DNA from: Dehalococcoidia bacterium
GTDB taxonomy: Bacteria; Chloroflexota; Dehalococcoidia; SM23-28-2; HRBIN24
Direction of reading: 5' to 3'
Length of the DNA stretch: 64,000 bases
Assembly (NCBI GenBank): GCA_025062275.1
Contig: JANXAP010000020.1
Location: 19,882 to 83,881 of the forward strand
The translations under genes were made by a program, and so were the position numbers. This document shows, one piece after another, positions 38,441 to 48,048 of the stretch. How positions within the stretch are numbered: the first letter of the stretch is position 1; every line of letters starts with the position of its first letter. A model generated the notes under the pieces. The model worked only from the letters and a program-made list of their open reading frames with translations. It had not been told where the DNA came from and made no database searches.

Positions 38441-40882
38441 CTAGCCCACCACGATGTTCACCAGCTTCCCCGGCACATACACAATGCGACGGATGGGCCG
38501 CCCGTCGATGTGGGGCCGAACCCGCTCGCTGCCCAGGGCCAGCTGCTTGGCCTCCTCCTCCGAGATGTCGGCCGGCACCGTCAGTCGATCGCGCAGGCGG
38601 CCATTGACCTGGATCACCAGCGTCACCTCTTCCGGCCGGGCCAGCTCGGGGTCGTAGGAAGGCCACGACTGCTGATGAATGCTGTACGGGCGGCCGCGCC
38701 GCTCCCAGAGCTCTTCGGATATGTGGGGGGCGAGGGGCGCGAGCATCAGCAGGAGCGAGTCCACCGCTTCGTTCCAGGCCCCGGGGTGCACCGGGCCCGA
38801 CTGCAGCGCCCTCTGCAGGTCGTTGGTCAGCTCCATCAGGGCCGCAATCAGGGTGTTGAAGCGGAACTTCTCCATGTCCTCGGTGGCCCGCTGGATGGTG
38901 CTGTGCAGCCGTTTGCGCAGAGGCAGGGGGTCGACGGCCTCGTCCACCTGGGGGCTGGCCAGGGCGATGTTCCAGACGCGGTTCAGCCAGCGCCATATGC
39001 CCTGAATGCCCTGGAAGGTGAAGGGGCCGCCGTGCTCCCACGGCCCCAGGAACATCAGGTAGCAGCGGAAGGTGTCCGTTCCCCAGCGCTCCACCTGCTC
39101 GTCGGGGGCCACCACGTTGCCGCGGGACTTGCTCATGCGCTGCCCGTCGGGCCCCAGGATCTGTCCCTGGTTGAAGAGGCGCAGGAACGGCTCATCCCCC
39201 TCCACCAGGCCCAGGTCGCGGCAGACTTTCCAGAAGAAGCGGGCATACAGCAGGTGCATGACGGCATGCTCCGCCCCGCCCGTGTACTGGTCTACCGGCA
39301 GCCACTTGCGGCCCAGCTCCGGGTCGAAGGGGCCTTTGTCGTAATGGGGGCTGAGGTAGCGCATGAAATACCAGTTGGAGTCCATGAAGGTGTCCATGGT
39401 GTCCGTCTCGCGCCGGGCGGGACGACCGCAGCGGGGGCAGGCGGTGTTGACGAAGCCCTCGTGGCGCGCTAGCGGCGACTCGCCTGTGGGGCGGAAGTCC
39501 ACGTCCTCGGGCAGGACGATGGGCAGCTGCTCCTCGGGAACTGGCACGGTGCCGCACGCGTCGCAGTAGACGATGGGTATGGGCGTGCCCCAGTAACGCT
39601 GGCGCGAGATCAGCCAGTCGCGCATGCGGTACATGACGCGGCGGCGGCCCCATCCCTTCTCCTCCACGTAGCGGGCCACCGCTGCCTTGCCCTCCTCCGA
39701 GGGCAGACCGGTGAAGGGGCCCGAGTCCACCATGGTGCCCGGGCCTTCGTAGGCCTCCTCGAGGGGGGAGCCGTCCCAATCTGGCGGCGCCACCACCACC
39801 TTCACCGGCAGGCCAAACTTCCGGGCGAACTCGAAGTCCCGCTGATCATGGGCGGGCACCCCCATAACGGCGCCGGTGCCGTACCACATGAGGGCGTAGT
39901 CGGCGATGAAGATGGGCACCAGCTCCCCCGACAGCAGGTTGCGGCAGTAGGCGCCGGTGAAGACCCCCGTCTTCTCCCGGGCCGTGGAGAGGCGCTGGAC
40001 CTCCGTCTGGCGACGGGCCTGCTCGATGTATTCCTCCACCTCTCGCCTGCGCTCGGGGGCCGTGATCCTGGGCACCAGGGGATGCTCCGGGGCCAGCACC
40101 ATGAAGGTGACGCCGTAGATCGTGTCCGGGCGGGTGGTGAAGACCCGTATCTCCTTCTCCTCCACTCCGGGCACCTCGAGGCCGAAGGCGATCTCCACGC
40201 CCTCCGAGCGGCCGATCCAGTTCTTCTGCATGGTCACCACCGGCTCGGGCCACTGGATCTTCGAGTGATCCAGCAGCTCCTCGGCGTAGGCGGTGATGCG
40301 GAAGAACCACTGCTCCAGGTCACGGTGGGTGACGGCGGTGCCGCAGCGCTCGCAGGTGCCGTCGGGCAGCACCTGCTCGTTGGCCAGCACTGTCTGGCAG
40401 GAGGGGCACCAGTTGGCCGGTGCCAGGGCGCGGTAGGCCAGCCCCCGCTCGTACATCTTCAGGAAGAACCACTGGTTCCAGCGGTAGTACTCGGGGTCGC
40501 AGGTGATGACCTCCCGCGACCAGTCGAACATGGCCCCCATGCTCTTGAGCTGCCGGCGCATGCGCTCGATGTTGTCGTAGGTCCACTTCTTAGGGTGGAT
40601 GCCGTGCTTGATGGCAGCGTTCTCGGCCGGCAGGCCGAAGGCGTCGAAGCCCATGGGGAAGAGGACGTTGTAGCCTCGCATGCGCCGGTAGCGGGCAGCA
40701 GCGTCGGACGGGGCCATGGCGTACCAATGGCCTATGTGCAGGTCGCCCGAAGTGTAGGGGAGCATGGTCAGGAAATAGAACTTGGGCAGGGGCGAGTCGT
40801 CAGGGGTGCGGTAGAGGCCGTCCCGCTCCCAGCGCTCCTGCCACTTGCGCTCGATCTGGCGGGGGTTGTAGCGCTCAGCCAT
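38441..40882 (-). CDS. leuS: leucyl-tRNA synthetase
   Basis: HIGH motif (DLHIGH), KMSKS motif, CP1 editing and zinc-finger regions; 813 aa. Confidence 0.95.
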   Translation of the reverse strand: MAERYNPRQIERKWQERWERDGLYRTPDDSPLPKFYFLTMLPYTSGDLHIGHWYAMAPSDAAARYRRMRGYNVLFPMGFDAFGLPAENAAIKHGIHPKKWTYDNIERMRRQLKSMGAMFDWSREVITCDPEYYRWNQWFFLKMYERGLAYRALAPANWCPSCQTVLANEQVLPDGTCERCGTAVTHRDLEQWFFRITAYAEELLDHSKIQWPEPVVTMQKNWIGRSEGVEIAFGLEVPGVEEKEIRVFTTRPDTIYGVTFMVLAPEHPLVPRITAPERRREVEEYIEQARRQTEVQRLSTAREKTGVFTGAYCRNLLSGELVPIFIADYALMWYGTGAVMGVPAHDQRDFEFARKFGLPVKVVVAPPDWDGSPLEEAYEGPGTMVDSGPFTGLPSEEGKAAVARYVEEKGWGRRRVMYRMRDWLISRQRYWGTPIPIVYCDACGTVPVPEEQLPIVLPEDVDFRPTGESPLARHEGFVNTACPRCGRPARRETDTMDTFMDSNWYFMRYLSPHYDKGPFDPELGRKWLPVDQYTGGAEHAVMHLLYARFFWKVCRDLGLVEGDEPFLRLFNQGQILGPDGQRMSKSRGNVVAPDEQVERWGTDTFRCYLMFLGPWEHGGPFTFQGIQGIWRWLNRVWNIALASPQVDEAVDPLPLRKRLHSTIQRATEDMEKFRFNTLIAALMELTNDLQRALQSGPVHPGAWNEAVDSLLLMLAPLAPHISEELWERRGRPYSIHQQSWPSYDPELARPEEVTLVIQVNGRLRDRLTVPADISEEEAKQLALGSERVRPHIDGRPIRRIVYVPGKLVNIVVG

Positions 40883-40904
40883 GGCCCATCCTCAGCACGA
40901 CATG

Positions 40905-41384
40905 CTACTGGCGCGGTTCGGTTCGCCCCAGACCGGGAGGCTCTCCGGCTGCTGCCTCCTCGCTGAAGAAGCGGCGCAGAAAGGCGTCCATGCGACGGGT
41001 CAGGGGCCGGGCACCCAGCACCGTCACCACCGTCAGGGCACCCAGCCCGGCCACCAGGTAGAGCTCGATGGCGGCGGCCATGCCGATGCCGGCCGCGGCC
41101 CAGATGCTGGCGGCGGTGGTGATGCCCTTCACCGTGTAGCCCTCACGGAAGATGACCCCTGCCCCCAGGAAACCGATGCCCGTGACGATTCCCGCCGCCA
41201 CCCGGTCATCGCCCGCCAGGAGGCGCGAGACCTCGGTGAACAGGGCCGATCCCAGGGCCACCAGGGCCAGGGTGCGGATGCCGGCCGGGTAGCCCTGCAG
41301 CTCCCGCTGCAGGCCGATGAAGGCCCCCAGAACGGCAGCGAAGGCGAGCCTTCCCACCAGGGCCAGCTGCTCATCCAGCGGCAC
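40905..41384 (-). CDS. MgtC/SapB-family membrane protein
   Basis: MgtC N-terminal TM signature (VLGAFIGLQRELQGYPAGIRTLALVALGSALF). Confidence 0.8.
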   Translation of the reverse strand: MPLDEQLALVGRLAFAAVLGAFIGLQRELQGYPAGIRTLALVALGSALFTEVSRLLAGDDRVAAGIVTGIGFLGAGVIFREGYTVKGITTAASIWAAAGIGMAAAIELYLVAGLGALTVVTVLGARPLTRRMDAFLRRFFSEEAAAGEPPGLGRTEPRQ

Positions 41385-41403
41385 TAGTCCACCAACACCT
41401 TTA

Positions 41404-41428
41404 GGCCCCCCGCTGAGCGGGGGGCCCC
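41404..41428 (-). terminator. GC-rich hairpin (10-bp stem GGCCCCCCGC/GCGGGGGGCC, 3-nt loop) downstream of tRNA-Ala
   Basis: Perfect 10-bp stem 18 nt 3' of the tRNA; no U-tract; AAAGGTG RBS and the mgtC GTG follow. Confidence 0.3.
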
Positions 41429-41445
41429 TCCATCGGCCGCGTCTT

Positions 41446-41521
41446 TGGTGGAGCTGAGGGGACTCGAACCCCTGACCTCCTCAATGCCATTGAGGCGCTC
41501 TCCCAGCTGAGCTACAGCCCC
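41446..41521 (-). tRNA. tRNA-Ala (GGC), CCA-encoded
   Basis: Reverse complement GGGGCUGUAGCUCAGCUGGGAGAGCGCCUCAAUGGCAUUGAGGAGGUCAGGGGUUCGAGUCCCCUCAGCUCCACCA; cloverleaf with G3:U70 alanine identity pair and anticodon GGC. Confidence 0.85.
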
Positions 41522-41674
41522 ACCCAGATGGGATATTAGCAAAGGCGCCCCCGCCCTGCAAGGCGACGCCAGCCGCCCGCGGTACCGCCCCACCGCCTTG
41601 ACTCTGCCGCCCGCTCCGCCCCTATAGTGGGGTGTCGACACGCTGTTCAGCATGCCAGCGGAGGATGCCAGCCC

Positions 41675-42853
41675 ATGCTGGGAAAGCGCTACCGGGTCAT
41701 AGACCTGACCTTCTACGGCCCCGGCAGCTATGCCGCCCGCATCCTGGGAGACTTGGGGTTCGACGTTATCAAGGTCATGGAGCCTCGCGGCCAGCAGAGG
41801 CACCAACTGGAGATACCGATGCGATTTCACAAGGCGCCCAAGCGGGTGCGGGAGCTGGGGCTACGCAACGTCCGCGGCATCACCCTGAACCTGAAGGCCC
41901 CCGAGGGCCAGCAGGTGCTCAAGAGGCTGCTGGCCACCGCCGACGTCGTCCAGGAGGGGTTCCGGCCCGGGGTGGCCCAGAGGCTCGGCGTCGACTACGA
42001 GGCCGTCCGCGCCATCAAGCCCGACATCGTCTACGTATCGGTGACCGGCTACGGACAGACGGGGCCTTATGCCCGACGCGCCGGGCACGACATCAATTAC
42101 CTGGCCGTGAGCGGCTTCCTGGGCCTCAACGGCAGGGAAGGGGGCGAGCCGGCCATCCCCGGCATCGCCGTGGCCGACTACGCCGCCGGCGGGCTGATGG
42201 CGGTGATCCATGTCCTGGCCGGCCTGCTGCGCCGCGAGGTCACCGGCCAGGGGTGCTACTGCGACGTGTCCGTCACCGATGCCGTGTTCGACCTCTCGTC
42301 GTCGGTCATCAACCACTTCTTCGAGTCCGGAGTGGAGCCCAAGCGGGGCTCCACCGTCACCTCCGGCTTCTGGCCCTGGTACAACGTCTACCGCACCAAG
42401 GACGGAGGGCACATCGCCATCGGCGCCGTCGAGCCGTGGTTCTACCAGAACCTGTGCCGCGCCTTGGGCCGCCCCGACCTGGCCGACAAGCAGTGGTCCG
42501 TGGAGTCGCGGCGCAGGGTACGCAACGAGTTCCGGAAGCTCTTCCGCTCCCGCACGCGAGAGGAGTGGGCCCAGCTGCTGGCGGAGGCCGACGTCTGCTT
42601 CTCCCCCGTCAACTCGGTGGCCGAGGCGACCGACGACCCCCAGCTGAGGGAGCGGGGCATGGTCCAGGAGGTCGACCACCCGGTGCACGGACGAATGCTG
42701 GCCGTGGGGTCCGCCCTGCGCATAGACGGCGAAGCCCCGACGCCTCGGCGCTGGCTGGTGAGGCCGGGACAGGACAACGAGGCCGTCCTGGAGGAGCTGG
42801 GCTTCAGCGAGGCCGAGCGCGCCGAGCTGCGGGCCAGGGGCGTCATCGACTGA
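41675..42853 (+). CDS. family III CoA-transferase (second paralog)
   Basis: Family III CoA-transferase signature; ATG 41675 with GGAGGA RBS. Confidence 0.85.
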   Translation: MLGKRYRVIDLTFYGPGSYAARILGDLGFDVIKVMEPRGQQRHQLEIPMRFHKAPKRVRELGLRNVRGITLNLKAPEGQQVLKRLLATADVVQEGFRPGVAQRLGVDYEAVRAIKPDIVYVSVTGYGQTGPYARRAGHDINYLAVSGFLGLNGREGGEPAIPGIAVADYAAGGLMAVIHVLAGLLRREVTGQGCYCDVSVTDAVFDLSSSVINHFFESGVEPKRGSTVTSGFWPWYNVYRTKDGGHIAIGAVEPWFYQNLCRALGRPDLADKQWSVESRRRVRNEFRKLFRSRTREEWAQLLAEADVCFSPVNSVAEATDDPQLRERGMVQEVDHPVHGRMLAVGSALRIDGEAPTPRRWLVRPGQDNEAVLEELGFSEAERAELRARGVID

Positions 42854-42915
42854 GGCCCCGGCCAGATGCCCCGCCCCTGCCAGAAGCCTCTACAGGATAG
42901 CGAGGAGAAGGGCCC

Positions 42916-43287
42916 TCAGGCCGCTCCCTCCTGCTGGAGTGCCCTGTAGGCCAGCTTGGCCAGGCCGCCCGCCACATGCACCCGCTGCTCCTCCGTCAAC
43001 TCGCCCTTGAGCCGCTCCTCCACAGCCTCCGGCTGGGCGGCCAGCAGGTTACGAACGCTGGCCGTGCTCAGTCCCAGGAAGGAGGCGATCTCGTCGGCCG
43101 TCTTGTGGCCCTCCTCGCGCAGGACTACGGCGTAGGCCGCCTCCATGAGGCTGGGCAGCCAGGTCAGGCGCCGGTGCTCCACCAGGGCACGGGGGCCGCC
43201 CAGCACGTCGATGGCCTTCAGGAACACCCGCATCGCCCTGTCGTCCAGGTCATGCACCTGCGGCGACACCTCAACCATCCGCCTCAC
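42916..43287 (-). CDS. small HTH-containing protein partnered with a KaiC-like ATPase
   Basis: HTH-like segment TADEIASFLGLSTASVRNLLAA; start overlaps the upstream ATPase gene by ~17 nt. Confidence 0.45.
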   Translation of the reverse strand: MRRMVEVSPQVHDLDDRAMRVFLKAIDVLGGPRALVEHRRLTWLPSLMEAAYAVVLREEGHKTADEIASFLGLSTASVRNLLAAQPEAVEERLKGELTEEQRVHVAGGLAKLAYRALQQEGAA

Positions 43288-44149
43288 CTCCCTTGCCCAG
43301 TTGCGACAGCCTGGGGCCTATGCGAACCAGCCCCGCTGGCGTTATCTCCATGACATGGGTGGCGGTGTCGTGGCCGCAAAGGCGACATCCGTCGATGCGG
43401 AACAGCCGCACCGTCTCGCCCAGCGGGACGCCGTAGAGCCTGGCCTGCTGGGCGCTCAGGACTGTCTGTTTGGCCAGCACCAGGGTGCCGTCCAGGATAT
43501 GGCCCACGGCATACCCTCCCGCTGCCTCGGCGGTCATAGCCTCGTGCCCGCTGCGTTTCTGGGAGATGAGCAGCGCCGTCTGATGCCACTTCTTGAGGAA
43601 GTTGAAGATAGGCCGCACCACATCCCGCGCCAGCATCTCCCGCGCCTCGTAGAGGCCGGTGAGGGAGTCGATGACCACATGCCGCACCCGGTAGGTGCGG
43701 ATGGCATGGGCCAGGGTATCGAAAAAGGTGGGCAGGTCCTGCGCGATGACGCTGTGGCTGGCCCCGTCGACAATGACGATGCGTTGCTGCACCTCCTCGA
43801 AGTCGATGCCCATGGCCTGGGCCCGCTGCCTGAGCCCCATGGCGGCGAACGGTGCGGGACTCTCCAGAGTGACCAGGCAGCAGGTCTCGCCCCGGGCAGC
43901 CTGGGTCAACGCATACTGCTCGGCCAGGAGGCTCTTGCCCGTGTCGGAAACGCCCGTGATCTGCAGGACGCTGTACCTGGGGATGCCTCCCAGGGGTCTC
44001 TGGGCAGGGCGGCCATCGGCCCACTCGGTGACATAGAAGAGGTCGTCCAGGCCCTCGACACCTGTAGGCACCGGCTCCAGCCTGGGGGCCGTGCGGGCCA
44101 CCTCCCCCAGCAGGGCCACGGCGCCTTCGGGCACCACGCGCTCCGCCAC
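43271..44149 (-). CDS. KaiC-like RecA-superfamily ATPase (single KaiC/RadA-like domain)
   Basis: Walker A GVSDTGKS, Walker B VVIDSL, KaiC-domain architecture; ~290 aa. Confidence 0.7.
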   Translation of the reverse strand: MAERVVPEGAVALLGEVARTAPRLEPVPTGVEGLDDLFYVTEWADGRPAQRPLGGIPRYSVLQITGVSDTGKSLLAEQYALTQAARGETCCLVTLESPAPFAAMGLRQRAQAMGIDFEEVQQRIVIVDGASHSVIAQDLPTFFDTLAHAIRTYRVRHVVIDSLTGLYEAREMLARDVVRPIFNFLKKWHQTALLISQKRSGHEAMTAEAAGGYAVGHILDGTLVLAKQTVLSAQQARLYGVPLGETVRLFRIDGCRLCGHDTATHVMEITPAGLVRIGPRLSQLGKGGEADG

Positions 44150-44497
44150 TCCACTCGCCTCCCCGACCGGGCCTTCCGATTTCTAGGATAACGGACTCCC
44201 ACGCCCGCTCACCGAAGGTCACGCCCGCACACGCTCCGCCAGGGTTGCCGGGGCTATGCGCCCAGCCCCAGGCCACTCATGCGGCCTCACGATACGACGG
44301 CCGGGGGCCCCGACAGCGGGCCGACGTCCTGGCCGCCGAGCGTGCTACATTCGGGCACTGAGCAGCGGCGGGGAGGTCGAAGCGGATGGAAGACACCCGG
44401 AGGGCGTACTGGCTAGAAGAGAACGAAGGGGAGCGGCTGACGACCATCGCCCGGGAGCACGGCATAGAGATCCTGGGCCCGCCGCCCCGGCGAAGTG

Positions 44498-45340
44498 CTA
44501 GTCCAGCGCGCGAAGCCCCTGGATGGCGGCCAGGCGGTGGCGCAGGGCCGACCAGGCGTAGGCCAGGGCGAAGGCGGCCGTGGTCACCAGCACTACATTG
44601 GCCCCGGAGGATATGTCCAGGTAGTAGCTGATGTACATCCCCGCCATCCCCGCTACGGCGCCGATGGCCACCGACAATACCACCAGCCGGTGAAAGCTAT
44701 CGGTCAGCAGGCGGGCCGTCGCAGCCGGTATCACCAGCGCCGCCACCAGCATGGTGACGCCGATGACCTGCATGGACACCACGATGGTGCCGGCCAGGGC
44801 CAGGGCAAAGAGGGCGTCCAGCCAGTGCACCTGCACCCCGTAATAGGCCGCCACCTCCGGGTCGAAGGTCATGAACAGCAGCCGGCGGTAGCACAACAGC
44901 ACGAACACCAGCGCCAGGCCCGTCATAACCGCCACCGCCAGCAGGTCCTGGGGCTGGATGCCCAGCACCTCGCCCAGCAGGGCCGCCTCGAAGTTGCGGG
45001 TGAAGGTGCGGTAACGGCTGATGAGGGCTACCCCCACGGCGAAGCTGGCGGTGGTAATGACGCCGATGACGGCATCGGCCCCCAGGATCCGCCGGCGCTG
45101 CACGGTGGCGTTGATGAGCAAGGCCGAGAGGAACCCCCACAGCCCGGCACCCAGATAGAAATTGAAGGACATGACGTAGCTCACCACCGCCCCACCCAGC
45201 ATGGCATGGGAGAGGCCGTGGCCGATGTAGCTCATACGCCGCAGGACCACGTAGACGCCCATCAGGCCGCAGAGGGCGCCCACCAGCCCCGCGACTATGA
45301 AGCCCCGCACGAAAAAGTCATAGGCGAAGGGCTCAAGCAT
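44498..45340 (-). CDS. znuB: metal (Zn/Mn) ABC transporter permease (ABC-3 family)
   Basis: Eight-TM ABC-3 permease signature. Confidence 0.85.
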   Translation of the reverse strand: MLEPFAYDFFVRGFIVAGLVGALCGLMGVYVVLRRMSYIGHGLSHAMLGGAVVSYVMSFNFYLGAGLWGFLSALLINATVQRRRILGADAVIGVITTASFAVGVALISRYRTFTRNFEAALLGEVLGIQPQDLLAVAVMTGLALVFVLLCYRRLLFMTFDPEVAAYYGVQVHWLDALFALALAGTIVVSMQVIGVTMLVAALVIPAATARLLTDSFHRLVVLSVAIGAVAGMAGMYISYYLDISSGANVVLVTTAAFALAYAWSALRHRLAAIQGLRALD

Positions 45341-46193
45341 CGTCGCCCCCCTGCCCCTGACGGTCGTCCCGACGGCTGCGGGCGAGGTGCTCTTCGTAGT
45401 AGCGGTGGGGACGCTCGGCCACCAGCACCAGCCCTTCGTGGTGGACCACCGTCATGGGCGCGCCGTAAGTCTGGGACATGACCTCGGGCGTGAACACCTG
45501 CGCAGGCGGTCCGTCGGCCACCAGTCGACCGTTGAGGCATATGACCCGCGGCAGGTGAGCGGCCACGGCGTTGATCTCGTGGGTGGTGAGGACGATGGTG
45601 GTGCCATCATGGTTGAGCTCGTGCAGCAGGTGGAGGATGTCGTCCCTGGTCTTGATATCCACCCCGGCGGTCGGCTCGTCCAGCAGCAGCAGCCTGGGCG
45701 AGGCGACCAGGGCGCGGGCCAGGAAGGCCCTCTGCTGCTGTCCTCCCGACAGGGCGCGGATGTGCCTGCCCGCCAGGTGGGCGATGCCCAGCCGCTCCAT
45801 GACGGCGAGGGCACGTTCCCGCTCCTCCCTGGTGGGCCAGGGACGCCAGCCCCGGCTGGCGAAGCCCATCAGCACCACCTGCTCCACCGTCACCGGGAAG
45901 TTCCAGTCCACCGTCTCCACCTGAGGGACATAGCCAGCCGTGCGGCGGCCGCGGTCATGGGGCCTGCCCTCCACCAGCACCTGGCCGCGGTAGAACTCCA
46001 CGGCCCCCAGAATGGCGCGCAGGAAGGTGGTCTTGCCGGCCCCACTGGGGCCCAGCAGGCCCACGAACTCCCCGTCCCAGATGCTGGTGCTGACGTCCAG
46101 CAGGACGGGGGTGCCTCCGTAGCCGCAGGTGACGCCCCTGAACTCCACCAGGGGCGTCCCGCCGCGCGGCTCGTGAGGGAAGGGGTGGAGCAT
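45333..46193 (-). CDS. znuC: metal ABC transporter ATP-binding protein
   Basis: Walker A GPSGAGKTT, ABC signature LSGGQQQR, Walker B LLLDEP. Confidence 0.9.
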   Translation of the reverse strand: MLHPFPHEPRGGTPLVEFRGVTCGYGGTPVLLDVSTSIWDGEFVGLLGPSGAGKTTFLRAILGAVEFYRGQVLVEGRPHDRGRRTAGYVPQVETVDWNFPVTVEQVVLMGFASRGWRPWPTREERERALAVMERLGIAHLAGRHIRALSGGQQQRAFLARALVASPRLLLLDEPTAGVDIKTRDDILHLLHELNHDGTTIVLTTHEINAVAAHLPRVICLNGRLVADGPPAQVFTPEVMSQTYGAPMTVVHHEGLVLVAERPHRYYEEHLARSRRDDRQGQGGDDA

Positions 46194-46198
46194 GGGCC

Positions 46199-47212
46199 TC
46201 AGTAGCGGGCGTGGCTGCCGTCGCGACAGACCAGGGACGGGTCGACCCTGTCCATGGCGCTGGCATCGCCGCCCAGGGCAGGTATCATGGCCTTCATGTT
46301 CTGAACCATCAGCCCTATGTAGGAGTGCATGCGGTCGCCGGGCTTGCCGGGCAGGTCGTCGTCGGCCAGGTCGGTGACATACCTGGCGCCCGTCTCGCGG
46401 GCTATCTGGTTCAGGACGCGACTAGGGAAGACCTCCGACCCGAAAATGGCCGGCACCCGCTCCTCGCGTATCTGGTCTATGAGCCGCGCCACCTCCTGGG
46501 CCGACGGCTCCGAGAAGTCGGAGGGCTGAATGGCGCCGATGACCTGGAAGCCGTAATCGTCGGCCCAGTAGGCCCAGGAGTCGTGATAGGTGAGCAGCTT
46601 GCGGTTCTGGGGCGGGACGGTGGCCGTGGCCTCGGCCATGGCCCGGTCCAGCTCCTGTAAGCGCTGCCGGAAGGCCTGGTAATTGGCCTCGTAATAGTCG
46701 CGGTTGGCAGGGTCCTTGCGCACCAGCGCATCTCGCACCAGCTCGGCGTAGCGCATGGTCAGGCGCACGCTGGGCCAGAGGTGCGGGTTGGGCTTGCCCT
46801 GCTCGCGGGGGAAGCTGAAGTCGAACTTCCACTGATCGCGGCTGATGGCCTGGTCGCCCAGAAGCACGATCTCGGCATCGGCGCGCTTGTTGGCCTCGGC
46901 CATGTCCAGCAGAGGCTCCTCCAGGAAGAGGCCGTTGAGGATGATGAGGTCGGCCTGAGACAGGGCCCTCGCCACCCCGGAGGGAGGCTCGTAGGTGTGA
47001 GAGTCCTCCCCCTCGGGTATGACGCCGATCAGGTCTATGCGGGCACAGCCGATGTTCTCGACGATGCTGGTGATGGGCGATACGCTGCTTACCACCTTCA
47101 GACGCCCGCTGGACTCGTCGAAGGACATGCCGCTGCCGCCACAGGCGGCAAGAAGGAGGGCCGACAGGGCGAGGAGCGCCGGCCACAGGAGATAGGGGAG
47201 CTTCGACAGCAT
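46199..47212 (-). CDS. znuA: metal ABC transporter substrate-binding lipoprotein (ZnuA/TroA family)
   Basis: Lipobox LLAACGG, TroA-like fold with metal-binding His/Asp/Glu positions; start at Met67 of the track ORF after a GAGGAGG RBS. Confidence 0.85.
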   Translation of the reverse strand: MLSKLPYLLWPALLALSALLLAACGGSGMSFDESSGRLKVVSSVSPITSIVENIGCARIDLIGVIPEGEDSHTYEPPSGVARALSQADLIILNGLFLEEPLLDMAEANKRADAEIVLLGDQAISRDQWKFDFSFPREQGKPNPHLWPSVRLTMRYAELVRDALVRKDPANRDYYEANYQAFRQRLQELDRAMAEATATVPPQNRKLLTYHDSWAYWADDYGFQVIGAIQPSDFSEPSAQEVARLIDQIREERVPAIFGSEVFPSRVLNQIARETGARYVTDLADDDLPGKPGDRMHSYIGLMVQNMKAMIPALGGDASAMDRVDPSLVCRDGSHARY

Positions 47213-47223
47213 CTTTCGCCTCC

Positions 47224-47655
47224 TCACTGGTCTTGCATTCCCCGACATCGACCGCAGAGGCCGAAGATGGCGAAGTGGTCGATGTCGGCGGCGAAGCCGT
47301 GGTCCTCCAGCAGGGCGGTGGCCAGCCCGTCCAGGTAGGAGTTGTCCAGGCGGCTCACCTGGCCACAGCCACGGCAGATGAGATGGTGATGACGGTCGCC
47401 CCGGGTCCACTCGAACTGGGCCTCGCCCCCCAGATGGGCCTCGCTGACCAGGCCCAGCTCCTTGGCCGCCGTGAGGGTGCGGTAAACGGTAGAGGCATCC
47501 ACATACGGGTACTGACGGCGGACCTCCTCCAGGATCTCGGCAGCGGTAACGTGGCGGCCGGCATGGCGCAGCGCCGACAGGATGAGCATGCGCTGGGGGG
47601 TGACCTTCTGTCCCGCCCTCTTGAGGGCTCGCACGGTCTCGGCTTCACAGCCCAT
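47224..47655 (-). CDS. zur: Fur-family metalloregulator (Zur-like)
   Basis: Fur HTH and HHHxxC / CxxC metal-site motifs (RHHHLICRGCG, CGRC); ATG at residue 12 preferred over the TTG track start. Confidence 0.85.
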   Translation of the reverse strand: MGCEAETVRALKRAGQKVTPQRMLILSALRHAGRHVTAAEILEEVRRQYPYVDASTVYRTLTAAKELGLVSEAHLGGEAQFEWTRGDRHHHLICRGCGQVSRLDNSYLDGLATALLEDHGFAADIDHFAIFGLCGRCRGMQDQ

Positions 47656-47697
47656 GGCCCCTGACACCCCCTGCTGATGCAACTGCAATCAACTGCA

Positions 47698-47726
47698 ATT
47701 CTATGCCGAAGCCGTATAGGAGTCAA
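47698..47726 (-). promoter_or_regulatory. strong sigma70-like promoter (TTGACT-N17-TAGAAT) for the zur-znuACB operon
   Basis: Read on the minus strand; a tandem 10-bp direct repeat (47679-47700) overlaps the predicted +1 as a candidate Zur operator. Confidence 0.5.
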
Positions 47727-48048
47727 GGCCTTCCCGGCAGACACGGTGTCAGGCGGGCAGGTCGGCGGCGGCTGAAGGGAGGCCGCGGCAAGCCGTCACC
47801 GCCGCTGCGGTCGGCAAGCAGAAGGCCCGGAGGGGGGCCGCTGCCCCCTCTGGCGCGATCGCGAAATCGTTGACAAGGGCTGTCCCCAGCGGGGCAAAAT
47901 AGGAGCAAGACCGAGACAGGCTGCGCTACGTGGACTGTCGTTACCACCCTCCGACAGGGGCAGGCGCCGCCCGCCCCGCGAGCTCCATTCGTCCGGCATC
48001 GCCCCAGCGTGACAGCAGCGCCCTGCCAGGGAGAGGAAGGAGGCTACG

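Noticed and set aside
47860-47900. TTGACA at 47870-47875 as promoter of the thiolase gene
   Set aside because: The only candidate -10 elements (GGCAAA/CAAAAT) are poor or badly spaced; kept out of the feature list as too weak.
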